A stretch of 64,000 nt of DNA, taken from Candidatus Binataceae bacterium. Its GTDB lineage: Bacteria; Desulfobacterota; Binatia; Binatales; Binataceae. How positions within the stretch are numbered: position 1 is the first letter of the stretch; every line of letters begins with the position of its first letter. Below the pieces are notes generated by a model. That model searched no databases. It was not told where the DNA came from and was given only the letters and a program-made list of their open reading frames with translations. Where the stretch lies: assembly GCA_035524095.1 (NCBI GenBank), contig DATKPK010000264.1, forward strand, positions 10,546 to 74,545. Reading direction: 5' to 3'. Shown piece by piece: positions 28,047 to 39,058 of the stretch. Both the position numbers and the translations under genes were made by a program.

Positions 28047-28847
28047 TTGAGCAACGTTAAGGACGTATTCAGCGTCGCCGGCAAAGTGACGGTCATCACC
28101 GGTGGCGGCACTGGAATCGGTATCGCGATCGCCCGTGAATTCGCGTTGCGCGATGCGCCGGTTCTAATCGCGAGCCGTAACGCCGAGCACCTCGAGCCGG
28201 TTCGCGACGAGATTCGCAAGCTCGGCGGGAATTGCGAGATGACTGTCTGCGACGTTCGTGACGCGGCCCAATGCGACGCGATGATTGCCGAAGCTGTGAA
28301 GCACTTCGGGCGACTCGACGTGATGATCAATAACCATGGCGCGAGTATAACTGCCCCGAGCATGAAGCTCTCAGCGAATGCTTGGCGAACGGTCGTCGCG
28401 ATCAATTTGGATGGCACTTTCCATTGCTCTAAAGCGGCCGCGCGCCAGTTTATGGAACAGAAGAGCGGCGGTTGCATAATCAACTTGGGTTCTACAGCCG
28501 GAGTACGCGGCTCGGCCACGATGCTTCCCTATGCCGCCTCGAAGGCTGCGATCGCCAAGTTGACGGAGTCGCATGCGGCGGAATGGGGACGTTATCAGAT
28601 CCGCGTCAACTGTATCGCGCCAGGACCGGTCACGACCGCCGGAGCCGCTGAACGCATCTGGCCTAACGAGGCGGTCAAGAACAGCCAATTGCGAGCGCGG
28701 GCGTTAGGCCGATTCGGAGTCCCGGAGGATATCGCCTATCCTTGTCTCTTCCTCGCCTCCGAGGCCGCCTCCTGGATGAACGGCGCGACGATGGTCATTG
28801 ATGGCGGCGACATCCGCGATTCCGACGCCGTCTCACTCGGCCTTTAA
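28047..28847 (+). CDS. SDR-family oxidoreductase
   Basis: VTVITGGGTGIGIAIAREFA.., NNHG, YAASKAA catalytic motif. Confidence 0.85.
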   Translation: MSNVKDVFSVAGKVTVITGGGTGIGIAIAREFALRDAPVLIASRNAEHLEPVRDEIRKLGGNCEMTVCDVRDAAQCDAMIAEAVKHFGRLDVMINNHGASITAPSMKLSANAWRTVVAINLDGTFHCSKAAARQFMEQKSGGCIINLGSTAGVRGSATMLPYAASKAAIAKLTESHAAEWGRYQIRVNCIAPGPVTTAGAAERIWPNEAVKNSQLRARALGRFGVPEDIAYPCLFLASEAASWMNGATMVIDGGDIRDSDAVSLGL

Positions 28848-28970
28848 GTGTCTGAGCGCCATCATTCGCTTGTCGGAAGAGACTCCGCATGGTATCCGAA
28901 AACCCGCAAGCGTATTGACGGAGCGCCTGAATTCAATTGCGCATTGGCGGCGCAAGGAGTGTGATTCAGC

Positions 28971-30101
28971 TTGGATTTTGGATTCAGCGAAGAGCAGGAG
29001 ATGCTGCGGCAGAGCGCTCGCAGCCTGCTGGAAAAAGAATGTCCGAGCACACTGGTCCGCCATCTGATGGAAGACGAGCGGGGCTATGATCCAGCCTTAT
29101 GGCAGAAACTTGCTGAACTCGGATGGCTCGGTTTGGTCATTCCGGAAGATCACGGCGGCGCGGGCCTTTCCTATGTTGATCTGGTTCTCGTGCTCGAGGA
29201 GATGGGCAGCGTGCTGCTGCCCTCACCGTTTATCTGGACGGTGATGTTTGCCGAAGCGATCAAGCGTGCTGGAAGCGCCGAGCAAAAACGCTCTCTCCTC
29301 CCTGAAATCGCAGGCGCCAATCTGATTGGCACCGTCGCATGGCAGGAACCGTCAGGATCATGGAGTGCGGACGGCATCGCAATGGCTGCACGTCCCGTAG
29401 GCGGTGGTTTCGCGCTCGACGGCGTCAAACTTTTTGTCAATGACGGTCATGTCGCCGACTATATTCTGGTGGCTGCGCGCACCAGCGGGCATGGTGAGGA
29501 CGGCATAACCCTATTCGCCCTCGACTCCGAGCGTATAGGAATCTCCGCGACACCGCTCAAGACCATGGACCAGACTCGCAAACTCACCGAGCTAAAATTC
29601 AGCGGTGTCAAGGCGGCTGCGGATGACATCGTCGGCAGCGTCGATACTGGATGGCAAACCCTCGCCGCGGTACTGGATCGCGGCAAGGTGATGCTCGCCG
29701 CTGAGATGATGGGGGGCGCGCAAAAGGTCCTCGACATGACGGTGGACTACGCCAAAGTACGGGTCCAGTTCGGACGCCCGATCGGCGGCTTTCAAGCGGT
29801 GCAGCACAAGTGTGCGAATATGATGGTGGATATCGAGGGCGCCAAGTCTGCGGTCTACTACGCATCGTGGGCGGTGAGTAACGACCATCCGGAGGCGGCG
29901 CTGGCCGCCTCGGTCGCGAAGGCGGCTGCGTCCGACGCTTATCGGCGTGTTTCTGCGGAAGGCATCCAGCTTCATGGCGGCATCGGCTTCACTTGGGACC
30001 ACGACCTCCATCTCTATTTCAAGCGCGCGAAATCGGCCGAATTCACCTTCGGCGATGGTGCCTGGAATCGCGAACTGGTCGCCCAGGCGATTAATCTCTA
30101 A
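28971..30101 (+). CDS. Acyl-CoA dehydrogenase
   Basis: Classical ACAD N-terminus (FSEEQEMLRQSARSLLEKE..), middle beta-barrel and C-terminal helical domain (..GGIGFTWDHDLHLYFKRAK..). Confidence 0.85.
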   Translation: MDFGFSEEQEMLRQSARSLLEKECPSTLVRHLMEDERGYDPALWQKLAELGWLGLVIPEDHGGAGLSYVDLVLVLEEMGSVLLPSPFIWTVMFAEAIKRAGSAEQKRSLLPEIAGANLIGTVAWQEPSGSWSADGIAMAARPVGGGFALDGVKLFVNDGHVADYILVAARTSGHGEDGITLFALDSERIGISATPLKTMDQTRKLTELKFSGVKAAADDIVGSVDTGWQTLAAVLDRGKVMLAAEMMGGAQKVLDMTVDYAKVRVQFGRPIGGFQAVQHKCANMMVDIEGAKSAVYYASWAVSNDHPEAALAASVAKAAASDAYRRVSAEGIQLHGGIGFTWDHDLHLYFKRAKSAEFTFGDGAWNRELVAQAINL

Positions 30102-30171
30102 TAACTACGACTTTGGATGGCCCCGGCAATAAGTAAGCGCGTGGGCGCGTGCAGGCAAGGAAGATAGCTCA

Positions 30172-30630
30172 ATGGCAATCGACAAGAGTCTTGTAGGAAA
30201 GACCGGCAAGCCGTTCACGATGCCGATCGAATGGAGCAAAGTGCGCGAGTTCGCCCGCGCGATTCGCGACCCCAATCCGGTCTATTTCGATCCTGAACTC
30301 GCAAAAATCGAGGCTGGCGGCATCCCAATACCACCGACCTTTTTGCAGGTCGCCGCCTTTTGGCAGGACAGCGAGTCGGTGCCGACCGCGCAGTTTGATA
30401 TCCGGCGAATCCTCCATGGCGAACAGGAATTCGAATTCTTCAAACCGATCTATGTCGGTGACGTGCTGACCGGAACCGCCCGCATTGCCGATGTGTTCGA
30501 GCGCGAGGGCGGTCGCGGCGGCAAGATGACCTTCATGGTCACCGAAATTGAATACAAGAATCAGAAAGGCGAGAAAGTCGCCGTGGCGCGCGGCACCTTG
30601 ATCGAGACCGGCCAGGCGGTCACTGGCTAA
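30172..30630 (+). CDS. MaoC N-terminal-like hot-dog domain protein (hydratase alpha subunit, ChsH1/HadA-like)
   Basis: VREFARAIRDPNPVYFDPELA.. hot-dog fold lacking the catalytic hydratase motif. It is followed 57 bp downstream by a MaoC dehydratase. Confidence 0.7.
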   Translation: MAIDKSLVGKTGKPFTMPIEWSKVREFARAIRDPNPVYFDPELAKIEAGGIPIPPTFLQVAAFWQDSESVPTAQFDIRRILHGEQEFEFFKPIYVGDVLTGTARIADVFEREGGRGGKMTFMVTEIEYKNQKGEKVAVARGTLIETGQAVTG

Positions 30631-30686
30631 CGACCCGCTTCCTTGATTCGATTTGTTGCTGCTGAGCCAGCGATGAGGAAATAAGC

Positions 30687-31109
30687 ATGGCATCCAAAAT
30701 TAAATATGACGCGGTTAAAGTTGGCGACGAGATACCGGCGATTGTGATCGATCATGTCGCGCGGCCGGACTTCGTCCGCTATGCGGGCGCATCAGGCGAT
30801 TTCGTTCCCCTTCATTACGATCAGACGTTTGTCGAAGCCGCCGGTATTCCCACGGTCTTTGCCCAAGGGATGTGGACGGCAGGGTGTCTCTCGCGATGCC
30901 TCACCGATTTCGCCGGCGCAGGCCAAGTCCGCCGCTTCAAGGTTCGCTTCGCACGCCAGGTGTGGCCGGGGGATACGTTGACGTGCCGTGGCAAAGTTAC
31001 CTCTAAGAGCGACAAGAACGGCGAGAAATTAATCGAAGGCGATCTCGAGGTGGTCAATCAAAAGGGCGAAGCGACCGTCAAGGGCGCATTTGTCGTGACT
31101 GCTGCCTAA
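30687..31109 (+). CDS. MaoC-like (R)-specific enoyl-CoA hydratase (hydratase beta subunit)
   Basis: ..ASGDFVPLHYDQTFVEAAGIPTVFAQGMWTAG.. MaoC dehydratase signature. Confidence 0.8.
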   Translation: MASKIKYDAVKVGDEIPAIVIDHVARPDFVRYAGASGDFVPLHYDQTFVEAAGIPTVFAQGMWTAGCLSRCLTDFAGAGQVRRFKVRFARQVWPGDTLTCRGKVTSKSDKNGEKLIEGDLEVVNQKGEATVKGAFVVTAA

Positions 31110-31335
31110 TTCAGATTCAAGTCGGCTATATGGCCGAAGCATAGCCGCTTATTGCGTGCAATTAGCCACGCAATTTGCTCGTACACTTGATTGCTGCATC
31201 GCGCTGGCATAACCGCTATACCAGACCTGTCACTAGTGGTTATTCGCGCTTGGCAAGAACGGGCTGGCTTTTCGGGCCGACCTTGTCGGCGCGTAATCAA
31301 CTTTCAGAGTCCCGGCGCGACGGTTACGGTACGGA

Positions 31336-32790
31336 ATGGACCAGCCACGCTATGTGATCATACACGGCCACTTTTATCAGCCGCCGCGCGACAGCCCTTG
31401 GACTGGCCTGATTCTGCCCGAAGCCGGCGCCGCGCCATTCGCTAATTGGAACGAACGCATTCTGAGTGAATGCTACAATGCCAACGCCCGCGCCCACGTG
31501 ACGGCCGACCGGCTCGTCCGGATCTGCAACAATTACGAGGCTCTTAACTTTGACCTCGGGCCTACTCTCGCAGGATGGCTGGAACATCACGGGAAACTCG
31601 CCTATCGGGCTTTCCAGCGCGGCGATGAACTCAGCGTCGAACTTTACGGCGGCCACGGCAACGCCATCGCTCAGTCATATAGCCACTCGATCTTGCCGCT
31701 GCTGAATGACCGCGACCGCGCAATCCAAATCGAGTGGGGTATCCGCGACTTTCTCTACCGCTTCAAGCGCCGTCCGGAAGGAATCTGGCTGCCGGAGTGT
31801 GCCGTCGACGACGCCACTCTAGCTTCTATCGCAAACGCTGGCCTTAACTTTACGATTCTCGCGCCGGAGCAGGGCCACTTCGACTCAAGTATCAACTCGA
31901 TCCATACCGCCGGACCATTTCTGTGGCAACGCGGTGGCGAAGAAGTTGCCATATTCCGATACAGCCGGGAGCTTTCGGCTCAGGTATCCTTCGGTGAAGC
32001 CCTGAATGACGGACTCGCTCTGGCCAATAAGATCGCTGCCTGCGCTGCCGATCTGGCTCCGGGCGCCGCACTGATGATTGCCACTGACGGCGAAACCTTC
32101 GGTCATCATAAGCGGATGGGCGCGGCGGAACTTGCGCGCGCGGTTGCAACCTTGCAGGAACGCGACGGGATTGTTCTGACGAATTGCGCGCAATACCTGG
32201 TCACGCACCGGCCGTCCGGTACCTTCACGATAGACGGTGCATCTTCGTGGAGTTGCCCCCATGGCGTCGATCGTTGGCGGAGGGATTGTGGCTGCCGAAT
32301 AGACGCGGTCACTACCCAGCACTGGCGCCAGCCACTCCGCGAGGCGATGGAGTTCGTCAAGTATCACTCGTCGGACGTCTACGATCGGTTCGCCGCTGAA
32401 ATTGTTTCAGACGCTATGGCCGCGTTGATGGAATCGATGCGCGTTATGGTAAATCCTGACAGCGTCATCAGCGATGGCTTCTTCAAGCAACATAAGGTTG
32501 CCGGCGAGGAAAAGCAGATTCGCCTGATGCGTTTGTTTGAGATGGAACGAGCGGCGCATGCGGCAATGACTAGTTGCGCATGGTTTTTTGACGACTTCGG
32601 CGGGCCGGAAGGTCGCGTGGCGCTAAAGTGGGCGGCCCGCGCAGTGGAACTGGCCGCTGAAGTCGCGCCAAGTATTGAAAATGAACTGTTGGCGCGGCTG
32701 CGCGCGATCCATTCGAACCGCCGCGAGGTCGGCGACGCCGCTACATTGTATTTGAGTCTGAAGACGCGCGAAGCGCGCGGGAGGGTTTAG
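31336..32790 (+). CDS. Glycoside hydrolase family 57 protein
   Basis: N-terminal [15 protein letters not shown] motif characteristic of GH57 alpha-glucan-active enzymes; 484 aa. Confidence 0.65.
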   Translation: MDQPRYVIIHGHFYQPPRDSPWTGLILPEAGAAPFANWNERILSECYNANARAHVTADRLVRICNNYEALNFDLGPTLAGWLEHHGKLAYRAFQRGDELSVELYGGHGNAIAQSYSHSILPLLNDRDRAIQIEWGIRDFLYRFKRRPEGIWLPECAVDDATLASIANAGLNFTILAPEQGHFDSSINSIHTAGPFLWQRGGEEVAIFRYSRELSAQVSFGEALNDGLALANKIAACAADLAPGAALMIATDGETFGHHKRMGAAELARAVATLQERDGIVLTNCAQYLVTHRPSGTFTIDGASSWSCPHGVDRWRRDCGCRIDAVTTQHWRQPLREAMEFVKYHSSDVYDRFAAEIVSDAMAALMESMRVMVNPDSVISDGFFKQHKVAGEEKQIRLMRLFEMERAAHAAMTSCAWFFDDFGGPEGRVALKWAARAVELAAEVAPSIENELLARLRAIHSNRREVGDAATLYLSLKTREARGRV

Positions 32791-32794
32791 TTCG

Positions 32795-34756
32795 ATGGCT
32801 TCCAACGATGGCGCACATGAAATTCAATCTATGCTCCGCGAAGAGCGGAAGTTCCCGCCTCCCGCCGATTTTGTCGGTCACGCCGAAGTCAAAGGGCTCG
32901 ATGCTTATGACGAATTGCAGCGCCAGGCCGACCGCGATCCAGAGGGCTTCTGGGCTGAACGGGCTAGCGAATTGGCGTGGTACAAGCCTTTCAATCGTGT
33001 GCTGGAATGGAAGCCGCCCTTCGCCAAATGGTTCATAGGTGGCGAACTTAATGCTTCCTACAATTGCCTCGATCGGCATCTCAAAGGACCGCGCCGAAAC
33101 AAAGTAGCCCTGGTTTGGGAGGGCGAGCCCGGCGATTCGCGGGTGCTGACCTACCAAATGCTAGCCGACGAGGTTTCGCGTTGCGCCAACGCCCTCAAAA
33201 GCCTTGGTATCCAGGACGGAGATCGCGTCGCTATCTATATGCCGTTGGTGCCCGAGGCCGTAATCGCGATGCTGGCGTGTGCGCGGATCGGTGCGATCCA
33301 CTCGGTCATTTTTGGTGGTTTCTCATCGGAAGCGCTGGTTGATCGCATCAATGACGCTGAAGCTAAGCTCGTCATCACCGCTGATGGCGGATGGCGCCGT
33401 GGTTCAATCGTCGATTTGAAGGATAACGTCGACCAGGCACTAAAACGCTGCCCAACCGTCGCGAAGTGCGTCGTCTTGAAGCGCACCGGTAACAAGATCG
33501 ATATGCACCATGGACGCGACGTTTGGTGGGATGAACTGGTCTCCCGCCAGAGTCCGAATTGCGAACCGGTCGCGGTCGATTCTGAGCATCCGCTGTTCAC
33601 GCTTTATACTTCTGGCACGACCGGCAAGCCGAAAGGCGTCGTCCACACCACTGGCGGTTACCTTGTCCACGTTGCCGCGACGATGAAGTGGGTATTCGAC
33701 ATCAAGGAAGATGACATCTACTGGTGCACCGCCGATATCGGCTGGATTACCGGCCATAGCTATGTCGCCTACGGACCGCTGGCCGCCGGTGCAACAGTTA
33801 TGATGTACGAGGGCGCGCCGAATTTCCCCGAGAACGATCGCTTTTGGGCGATTATCGAAAAGTACCGCGTCAATATCCTCTATACCGCCCCGACCGCCAT
33901 CCGCACTTTTATCAAATGGGGCGATTCGTGGGTCAAGAAACATGACCTTTCGACCCTGCGGCTGCTGGGCACCGTCGGTGAGCCAATCAACCCGGAGGCC
34001 TGGATTTGGTACCACGAAACCATTGGTGGCAAACGTTGCCCGATCGTCGATACCTGGTGGCAAACCGAGACAGGCGGCATCATGATCGCCCCAGTGCCGG
34101 GAGCAATCGCCACCAAGCCGGGCTCAGCGACGCGCCCGCTGCCTGGCATTGCCGCTGATATCGTCACGCGGGAAGGTCAATCGGTCGGCCCCAATGAGGG
34201 CGGGCTGCTTGTGGTCAAGCGGCCATGGCCCGGGATGCTGCGGACCATATTCCGCGATCCAGAGCGCTACGAAAAACAATATTTCAGCCAGATTGAAAAT
34301 ACTTACTTCACCGGCGATGGCGCCCGGCGTGACGACGATGGCTACTTCTGGATTATGGGTCGGGTCGACGACGTAATTAACGTTTCCGGTCATCGGCTGG
34401 GCACGATGGAAATCGAAAGCGCCTTGGTGTCCCATCCGATGGTTGCAGAGGCTGCGGTGGTTGGACGGCCGGACGATATGAAGGGGCAGGCGGTGGTTGC
34501 CTTCGTAACATTAGAGGGCGGGCGCAAGGGTGACGGCAAACTGCGTGACGAATTACGCCAGCACGTCGTCAAGGAGATTGGCGCGTTGGCCCGTCCCGAC
34601 GATCTCCGCTTCAGCGATGCGTTGCCCAAGACGCGCAGCGGCAAGATCATGAGGCGGTTGTTGCGCCAGATTGCTTCAGGGGATCAGACGCTCGGCGATA
34701 CTACAACGTTAGAAGATCTCTCCGTACTCTCGAAATTGCGTGAGGATGACGAATGA
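32795..34756 (+). CDS. acs: Acetyl-CoA synthetase
   Basis: 653 aa, collinear with Acs across the full length (..[12 protein letters not shown].., ..WWQTETGG.., C-terminal ..[14 protein letters not shown]..). Confidence 0.95.
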   Translation: MASNDGAHEIQSMLREERKFPPPADFVGHAEVKGLDAYDELQRQADRDPEGFWAERASELAWYKPFNRVLEWKPPFAKWFIGGELNASYNCLDRHLKGPRRNKVALVWEGEPGDSRVLTYQMLADEVSRCANALKSLGIQDGDRVAIYMPLVPEAVIAMLACARIGAIHSVIFGGFSSEALVDRINDAEAKLVITADGGWRRGSIVDLKDNVDQALKRCPTVAKCVVLKRTGNKIDMHHGRDVWWDELVSRQSPNCEPVAVDSEHPLFTLYTSGTTGKPKGVVHTTGGYLVHVAATMKWVFDIKEDDIYWCTADIGWITGHSYVAYGPLAAGATVMMYEGAPNFPENDRFWAIIEKYRVNILYTAPTAIRTFIKWGDSWVKKHDLSTLRLLGTVGEPINPEAWIWYHETIGGKRCPIVDTWWQTETGGIMIAPVPGAIATKPGSATRPLPGIAADIVTREGQSVGPNEGGLLVVKRPWPGMLRTIFRDPERYEKQYFSQIENTYFTGDGARRDDDGYFWIMGRVDDVINVSGHRLGTMEIESALVSHPMVAEAAVVGRPDDMKGQAVVAFVTLEGGRKGDGKLRDELRQHVVKEIGALARPDDLRFSDALPKTRSGKIMRRLLRQIASGDQTLGDTTTLEDLSVLSKLREDDE

Positions 34757-34963
34757 GGTCTTGAGATCGATGGGTGATAATCCCTGCGTGCCTTCCGGAC
34801 TTGGTAACGAGTCGGATGCCTGTCCGGAAGTCGGGCGGCCTACGAATGACTTTGCGCAAGACATGTTGAGTGCATCAGCGCCAAGTGGTCATTAGTTACG
34901 AGCTTTAACATGTCGTTGCATCGGTGGCTTGTGGGCGCGCGCATGCGATGATAGTGTTTCGGA

Positions 34964-34988
34964 CGTGGGCTGATGCCCACTTTTTTGT
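34964..34988 (+). terminator. Rho-independent terminator downstream of acs
   Basis: GTGGGC-tgat-GCCCAC stem-loop followed by TTTTTTGTT. Confidence 0.6.
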
Positions 34989-35060
34989 TGGTTCGCTGCC
35001 GTTCCCGGGAAAATCAATGGTTATGAGACGCCCGGCGGGGGACCGGCGGAGATAACGTCT

Positions 35061-35546
35061 GTGGCGATAGTGTTGCAGTTGAGTCCGGTTGCAAAAAAGG
35101 TTGCAGAAACGCTTGAGCCCCATATCGAACGGCAGGGATATGAGTTGGTCGGCGTTGAGTATCGCAAGGGCACTCGGAGTTCGCTCCTGCGCCTGCTGGT
35201 GGACAAGCCAGAAGGCGGAATTGCGCTGAGCGACCTCGAAGTTCTGAGCCCGATGCTCGGCGATCTGCTTGACGTCTATGACCCGGTCGAAGGACGCTAC
35301 ACACTTGAGGTCTCTTCACCCGGAATCAACCGGCCACTGACTAAACTCGACCACTTCCAGGCTCATCGGGGGCGCCGCGTAAAAATTCGGTCTTACCAGC
35401 CGCGCGCAGGGCGCAAGGTTTTTGTTGGCATTCTGGCGGCGGCTGATGCGGGCGGCGTCGAAGTCGAGGAAGAAAACACTCACACCCGGGAGAGATTTTC
35501 ATTCGGCGAAATCCAGGCGGCGAACTACGAGCATAAATTCGACTGA
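35061..35546 (+). CDS. rimP: Ribosome maturation factor RimP
   Basis: ..GYELVGVEY..LLRLLVDKPEG.. and ..YTLEVSSPGINRPL.. motifs. Sits immediately upstream of nusA. Confidence 0.85.
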   Translation: MAIVLQLSPVAKKVAETLEPHIERQGYELVGVEYRKGTRSSLLRLLVDKPEGGIALSDLEVLSPMLGDLLDVYDPVEGRYTLEVSSPGINRPLTKLDHFQAHRGRRVKIRSYQPRAGRKVFVGILAAADAGGVEVEEENTHTRERFSFGEIQAANYEHKFD

Positions 35547-35632
35547 GTTCCAACGTAAACCGAAGGCGGTCCCATTAACAATGGGATGCCAAAACGGTAG
35601 CGGCGCGGTCATCCGCGCTTTCGGAGGGTGAA

Positions 35633-37066
35633 ATGGCGGTCGATCTGAATCGCGTAATTGATCAGGTTTCCAAAGAAAAAGGCATCGACAAAGCGATCGT
35701 GGTAAGCGCGATCGAAGAGATGATGCATTCGGCGGCGCGCCGCACCTTTGGCCAGGATCGCAATATCGAGTCCCGCTACAACCCCGATCTCGGCGAAGTC
35801 GAATTATTCGAGATCAAAACGGTCGTCAGCCATGTCACCAACGCTGCATCCGAAGTTGATGTCGAAGAAGCGCATAAGCGCTACGATCCCGAGGCCCAGG
35901 CCGGCGACGAAATCCTGATCAAGCTTGATACCGCCACGATGGGCCGAATCGCTGCGCAGGCGGCGAAGCAAAACCTCATCCAGCATATCCGCGACGCCGA
36001 GCGCAAGCAGATTTATAACGAGTTCAAGGATCGAAAGAGCGAAGTCGTCTCCGGCATCGTGCAGCGTTTCGAGCGCAAGAACATGATCGTTAACCTTGGC
36101 CGTACCGAGGCGATTCTGCCTGAAAAAGAGCAGATTCCGCACGAACGCTATCGTCAGGGCGACCGTATTCGTGCCCTGATTCTTGACGTCGACCTCTCTG
36201 AAAAGGGACTCGCGATTATTCTATCGCGCACCTCGAACCTCTTCCTCATGAAATTGTTCGAGCAGGAAGTTCCAGAAATCTACGAAGGAATCGTCGAGAT
36301 TCGGCAATGCGCCCGTGAGCCCGGAGGCCGCGCCAAGGTCGCAGTGTATTCCAAGGATAACGACGTCGATCCGGTCGGTGCATGCGTTGGCATGAAGGGT
36401 ACGCGCGTCCAGTCGGTCGTGCAGGAGTTGCGTGGCGAAAAGATCGATATCGTCCCGTGGACCGATGATCAGGCAGAGCTAGTATGCCGAGCGCTGGCTC
36501 CTGCAAAAGTCTCTAAGGTCATAATCGATGAGGACGAGCATGCGATGGAAGTGATCGTCCCTGATGATCAGCTTTCACTCGCGATCGGCAAGCGCGGCCA
36601 GAACGTACGCCTCGCCCATCGCCTATCCGGATGGAAACTCGACGTGCGCAGCGATTCTGAAGCCGAAGAAGAGGCGCGCGCCGCTCGAGCTTCGCTCAAC
36701 GCGATCCCCGGTATTGGCGACATCAACGCCGAACTGCTCTACCAATGGGGCTATCGTTCGGCCGAGCAGTTGTCTGAAGCCGACGAGGAAAACTTCGAGG
36801 TCGAAGGTATCAGCCCTGAACGCGCGCGCCAGGTGGTCCATGCCGCCCGCGAGTGGGTCGAGACCAAACGCACGCGCGCGCTGGCCGCCGCCGCTGACGA
36901 GGAAATTGAGGATGGGAACGGCGAGGTCGCGAATGAAAACGAAGTCGAAGAATTAGAAGCTAGTGAGGGAGCATCGCTGCCGGACGATGCGGGCGAATCC
37001 GATTCAGCGGACGGTGAGCATTTGGCATCCGAGACCGATAGCGCCAACGGCGCCGTAACCAAGTGA
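35633..37066 (+). CDS. nusA: Transcription termination/antitermination factor NusA
   Basis: N-terminal domain, S1 and KH domains (..GACVGMKGTRVQSVVQELRGEKIDIV..) and an acidic C-terminal tail. Confidence 0.95.
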   Translation: MAVDLNRVIDQVSKEKGIDKAIVVSAIEEMMHSAARRTFGQDRNIESRYNPDLGEVELFEIKTVVSHVTNAASEVDVEEAHKRYDPEAQAGDEILIKLDTATMGRIAAQAAKQNLIQHIRDAERKQIYNEFKDRKSEVVSGIVQRFERKNMIVNLGRTEAILPEKEQIPHERYRQGDRIRALILDVDLSEKGLAIILSRTSNLFLMKLFEQEVPEIYEGIVEIRQCAREPGGRAKVAVYSKDNDVDPVGACVGMKGTRVQSVVQELRGEKIDIVPWTDDQAELVCRALAPAKVSKVIIDEDEHAMEVIVPDDQLSLAIGKRGQNVRLAHRLSGWKLDVRSDSEAEEEARAARASLNAIPGIGDINAELLYQWGYRSAEQLSEADEENFEVEGISPERARQVVHAAREWVETKRTRALAAAADEEIEDGNGEVANENEVEELEASEGASLPDDAGESDSADGEHLASETDSANGAVTK

Positions 37067-37084
37067 GATCGACCCAAGAGTTAG

Positions 37085-37125
37085 GTGATCGCGCTACTTG
37101 CGCGATCACTCGCTATCTATTTTGA
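37085..37125. terminator. Bidirectional terminator between convergent nusA and recA
   Basis: Perfect 10-bp inverted repeat GTGATCGCGC-tactt-GCGCGATCAC followed by a T-rich tract. Confidence 0.55.
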
Positions 37126-37181
37126 AGGAATCGTTGACGCGTTTTGGTTTCTTGCGTCGATGGTCTGGCGACTGCTTGCTC

Positions 37182-38261
37182 TCACCCTTTGCGCTTGGAC
37201 GTGGGGGCAACGGGAGCTTGTTCGGCTTCGTCGTTGTTAACATCCGCGCCATTGGGAACGGGTGCGATCTTGACGGCGAGCTTGGCTCGTACCTTCGCCT
37301 CGACCTCTTCTGCGATTGCCGGATTTGCTTTCAACAAATCGCGCGCATTCTCACGGCCTTGCCCGATCCGCTCGCCGCCGTACGAGTACCATGCGCCCAA
37401 CTTCTCGATGATGTTATGTTCGGAAGCCAGGTCGACCAGTTCGCCTTCCTTGGAAATCCCCGAGCCATACAGGATGTCGAATTCGGCTTCACGGAAGGGC
37501 GGTGCGACTTTATTTTTAACGACCTTGGTCTTCGTGCGTGAGCCGATGATGTCGGTGCCGCTCTTGATGGTACCTATACGGCGAATGTCGATGCGCACCG
37601 ACGAATAAAACTTCAGCGCATTGCCACCCGTAGTGGTTTCAGGATTGCCGAACATCACGCCGATCTTCATGCGGATCTGATTGATGAAAATCACCACTGT
37701 ACGCGAGCGCGCAATGATCGAAGTCAGCTTGCGCAATGCTTGCGACATTAGGCGCGCCTGCAGCCCCATCTGCGGCTCGCCCATCTCGCCTTCGATTTCG
37801 GCTCGTGGTACCAGCGCGGCTACCGAGTCGATCACCAGTACATCGATTGCACCCGACTGCACTAGCGTCTCCGCGATTTCAAGCGCCTGCTCGCCATTGT
37901 CGGGCTGCGAGATCAAAAGATCCTCGACAACCACGCCGAGCTTCCGAGCGTAAGCGGCATCGAGTGCATGTTCGGCGTCGATAAAAGCTCCAATACCGCC
38001 CAGCTTCTGTGCTTCGGCGATACATTCGAGCGCCAGCGTAGTCTTGCCCGACGATTCAGGCCCATAGATCTCGATCACCCGGCCGCGCGGCAATCCGCCA
38101 ACGCCAAGTGCCAGGTCGAGGCCGAGCGATCCTGTGGGAATCACGGCGATATCGGTCGCGATCGCTTGCTCGCCCAGTTTCATGATTGAGCCCTTACCGA
38201 ACTGCTTTTCTATCTGGCTGAGAGCCAGATCTAATGCTTTGGTCTTAATTTCCTGCGCCAT
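37182..38261 (-). CDS. recA: Recombinase RecA
   Basis: ..[12 protein letters not shown].. Walker A and full-length RecA collinearity (359 aa). Confidence 0.97.
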   Translation of the reverse strand: MAQEIKTKALDLALSQIEKQFGKGSIMKLGEQAIATDIAVIPTGSLGLDLALGVGGLPRGRVIEIYGPESSGKTTLALECIAEAQKLGGIGAFIDAEHALDAAYARKLGVVVEDLLISQPDNGEQALEIAETLVQSGAIDVLVIDSVAALVPRAEIEGEMGEPQMGLQARLMSQALRKLTSIIARSRTVVIFINQIRMKIGVMFGNPETTTGGNALKFYSSVRIDIRRIGTIKSGTDIIGSRTKTKVVKNKVAPPFREAEFDILYGSGISKEGELVDLASEHNIIEKLGAWYSYGGERIGQGRENARDLLKANPAIAEEVEAKVRAKLAVKIAPVPNGADVNNDEAEQAPVAPTSKRKG

Positions 38262-38444
38262 CGATGTCCCCGCATTGCGGGCCTAGGGTGCCCCGTGCCG
38301 ATCTTGCCACAAACGGAAGGGCTTAGCGCTATGGCCGATGACATTAAGCTGACAGCCAGAGCAGCTCTACAGCGCTTATCAACAGATCAGAATCGAAAAG
38401 CACCGGAAGCCAATCGCGTTCTGTGCAAAATAGCCACAAACCTT

Positions 38445-39026
38445 CTAACTGTCGCCGAGGTTCCAACGCTTTAGCTCGATATATTTCGGTCCAGCCGCTC
38501 CGACCACGCTGCGAAAAAGCGCCATCGAAGCGATCTTTGATAACCCAAAGTTGCGCTGGTGCGCGTCCTTTAGAATGGCGCGCAAACTGGTCAATCTTTT
38601 GGGATCTCGCACGCGAGCGATCGTCAGATGGGGCGCATAAGGATAATCCTCATCGCCGAAGCCAGCACGCAACGCAGCAGCGCGCACTTCGGCGGCTAGC
38701 TCGATCAATTCATCACTCTTTAAGCCAATCCAGATCACACGCGGACGAGCCAAGTTTGGAAAACCGCCGATTCCCTCCGCAATTATCGAGAACGGCTGAG
38801 TTTCCTTGGCGACGATGGCCAACTTGGTGGCCATCGTCGCCAACTGCGCCAGCGGAGCTTCGTTGCCGAGGAAGCGGAGCGTCAAATGGAGGTTGGTTCG
38901 TGACACCCATCGCACGCCATCGTAGATAGATCTAAGCGGATCGATGAATCGTTCAATTGCCGCGTCGGTCTGAGTGCTCATCCGTAGCGCGACGAACGCC
39001 CGAATTTTATCCGGAAGCGAATTCAC
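38445..39026 (-). CDS. thpR: RNA 2',3'-cyclic phosphodiesterase (2H phosphoesterase ThpR/LigT)
   Basis: Two H-x-T-x motifs (HLTLRFLG and HLTIARV), 193 aa. Confidence 0.8.
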   Translation of the reverse strand: MNSLPDKIRAFVALRMSTQTDAAIERFIDPLRSIYDGVRWVSRTNLHLTLRFLGNEAPLAQLATMATKLAIVAKETQPFSIIAEGIGGFPNLARPRVIWIGLKSDELIELAAEVRAAALRAGFGDEDYPYAPHLTIARVRDPKRLTSLRAILKDAHQRNFGLSKIASMALFRSVVGAAGPKYIELKRWNLGDS

Positions 39027-39058
39027 CCGACGGTTGGCGGCAGTCCCACCTTGAAAGT

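Noticed and set aside
27914-28519. 201-aa minus-strand ORF overlapping the SDR at 28047-28847
   Set aside because: The plus-strand SDR has a canonical TGxxxGxG and YxxxK; the minus frame has no recognisable features.
30169-30693. 174-aa minus-strand ORF covering the MaoC-N-like gene
   Set aside because: The plus-strand frame gives a clean hot-dog fold sequence with conserved motifs; the minus frame is low-complexity.
38262-38444. Canonical LexA/SOS box upstream of recA
   Set aside because: No CTGT-N8-ACAG, GAAC-N4-GTTC or GTTC-N7-GTTC motif was seen. Only the CCCGCAtTGCGGG palindrome, reported separately, and an imperfect TGTGGCtattttGCACA inverted element that is too degenerate to call.
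38423-38929. 168-aa plus-strand ORF opposite thpR
   Set aside because: The minus-strand frame carries the two HxT/Sx motifs of 2H phosphoesterases; the plus frame is Arg/Ser/Pro-rich antisense.
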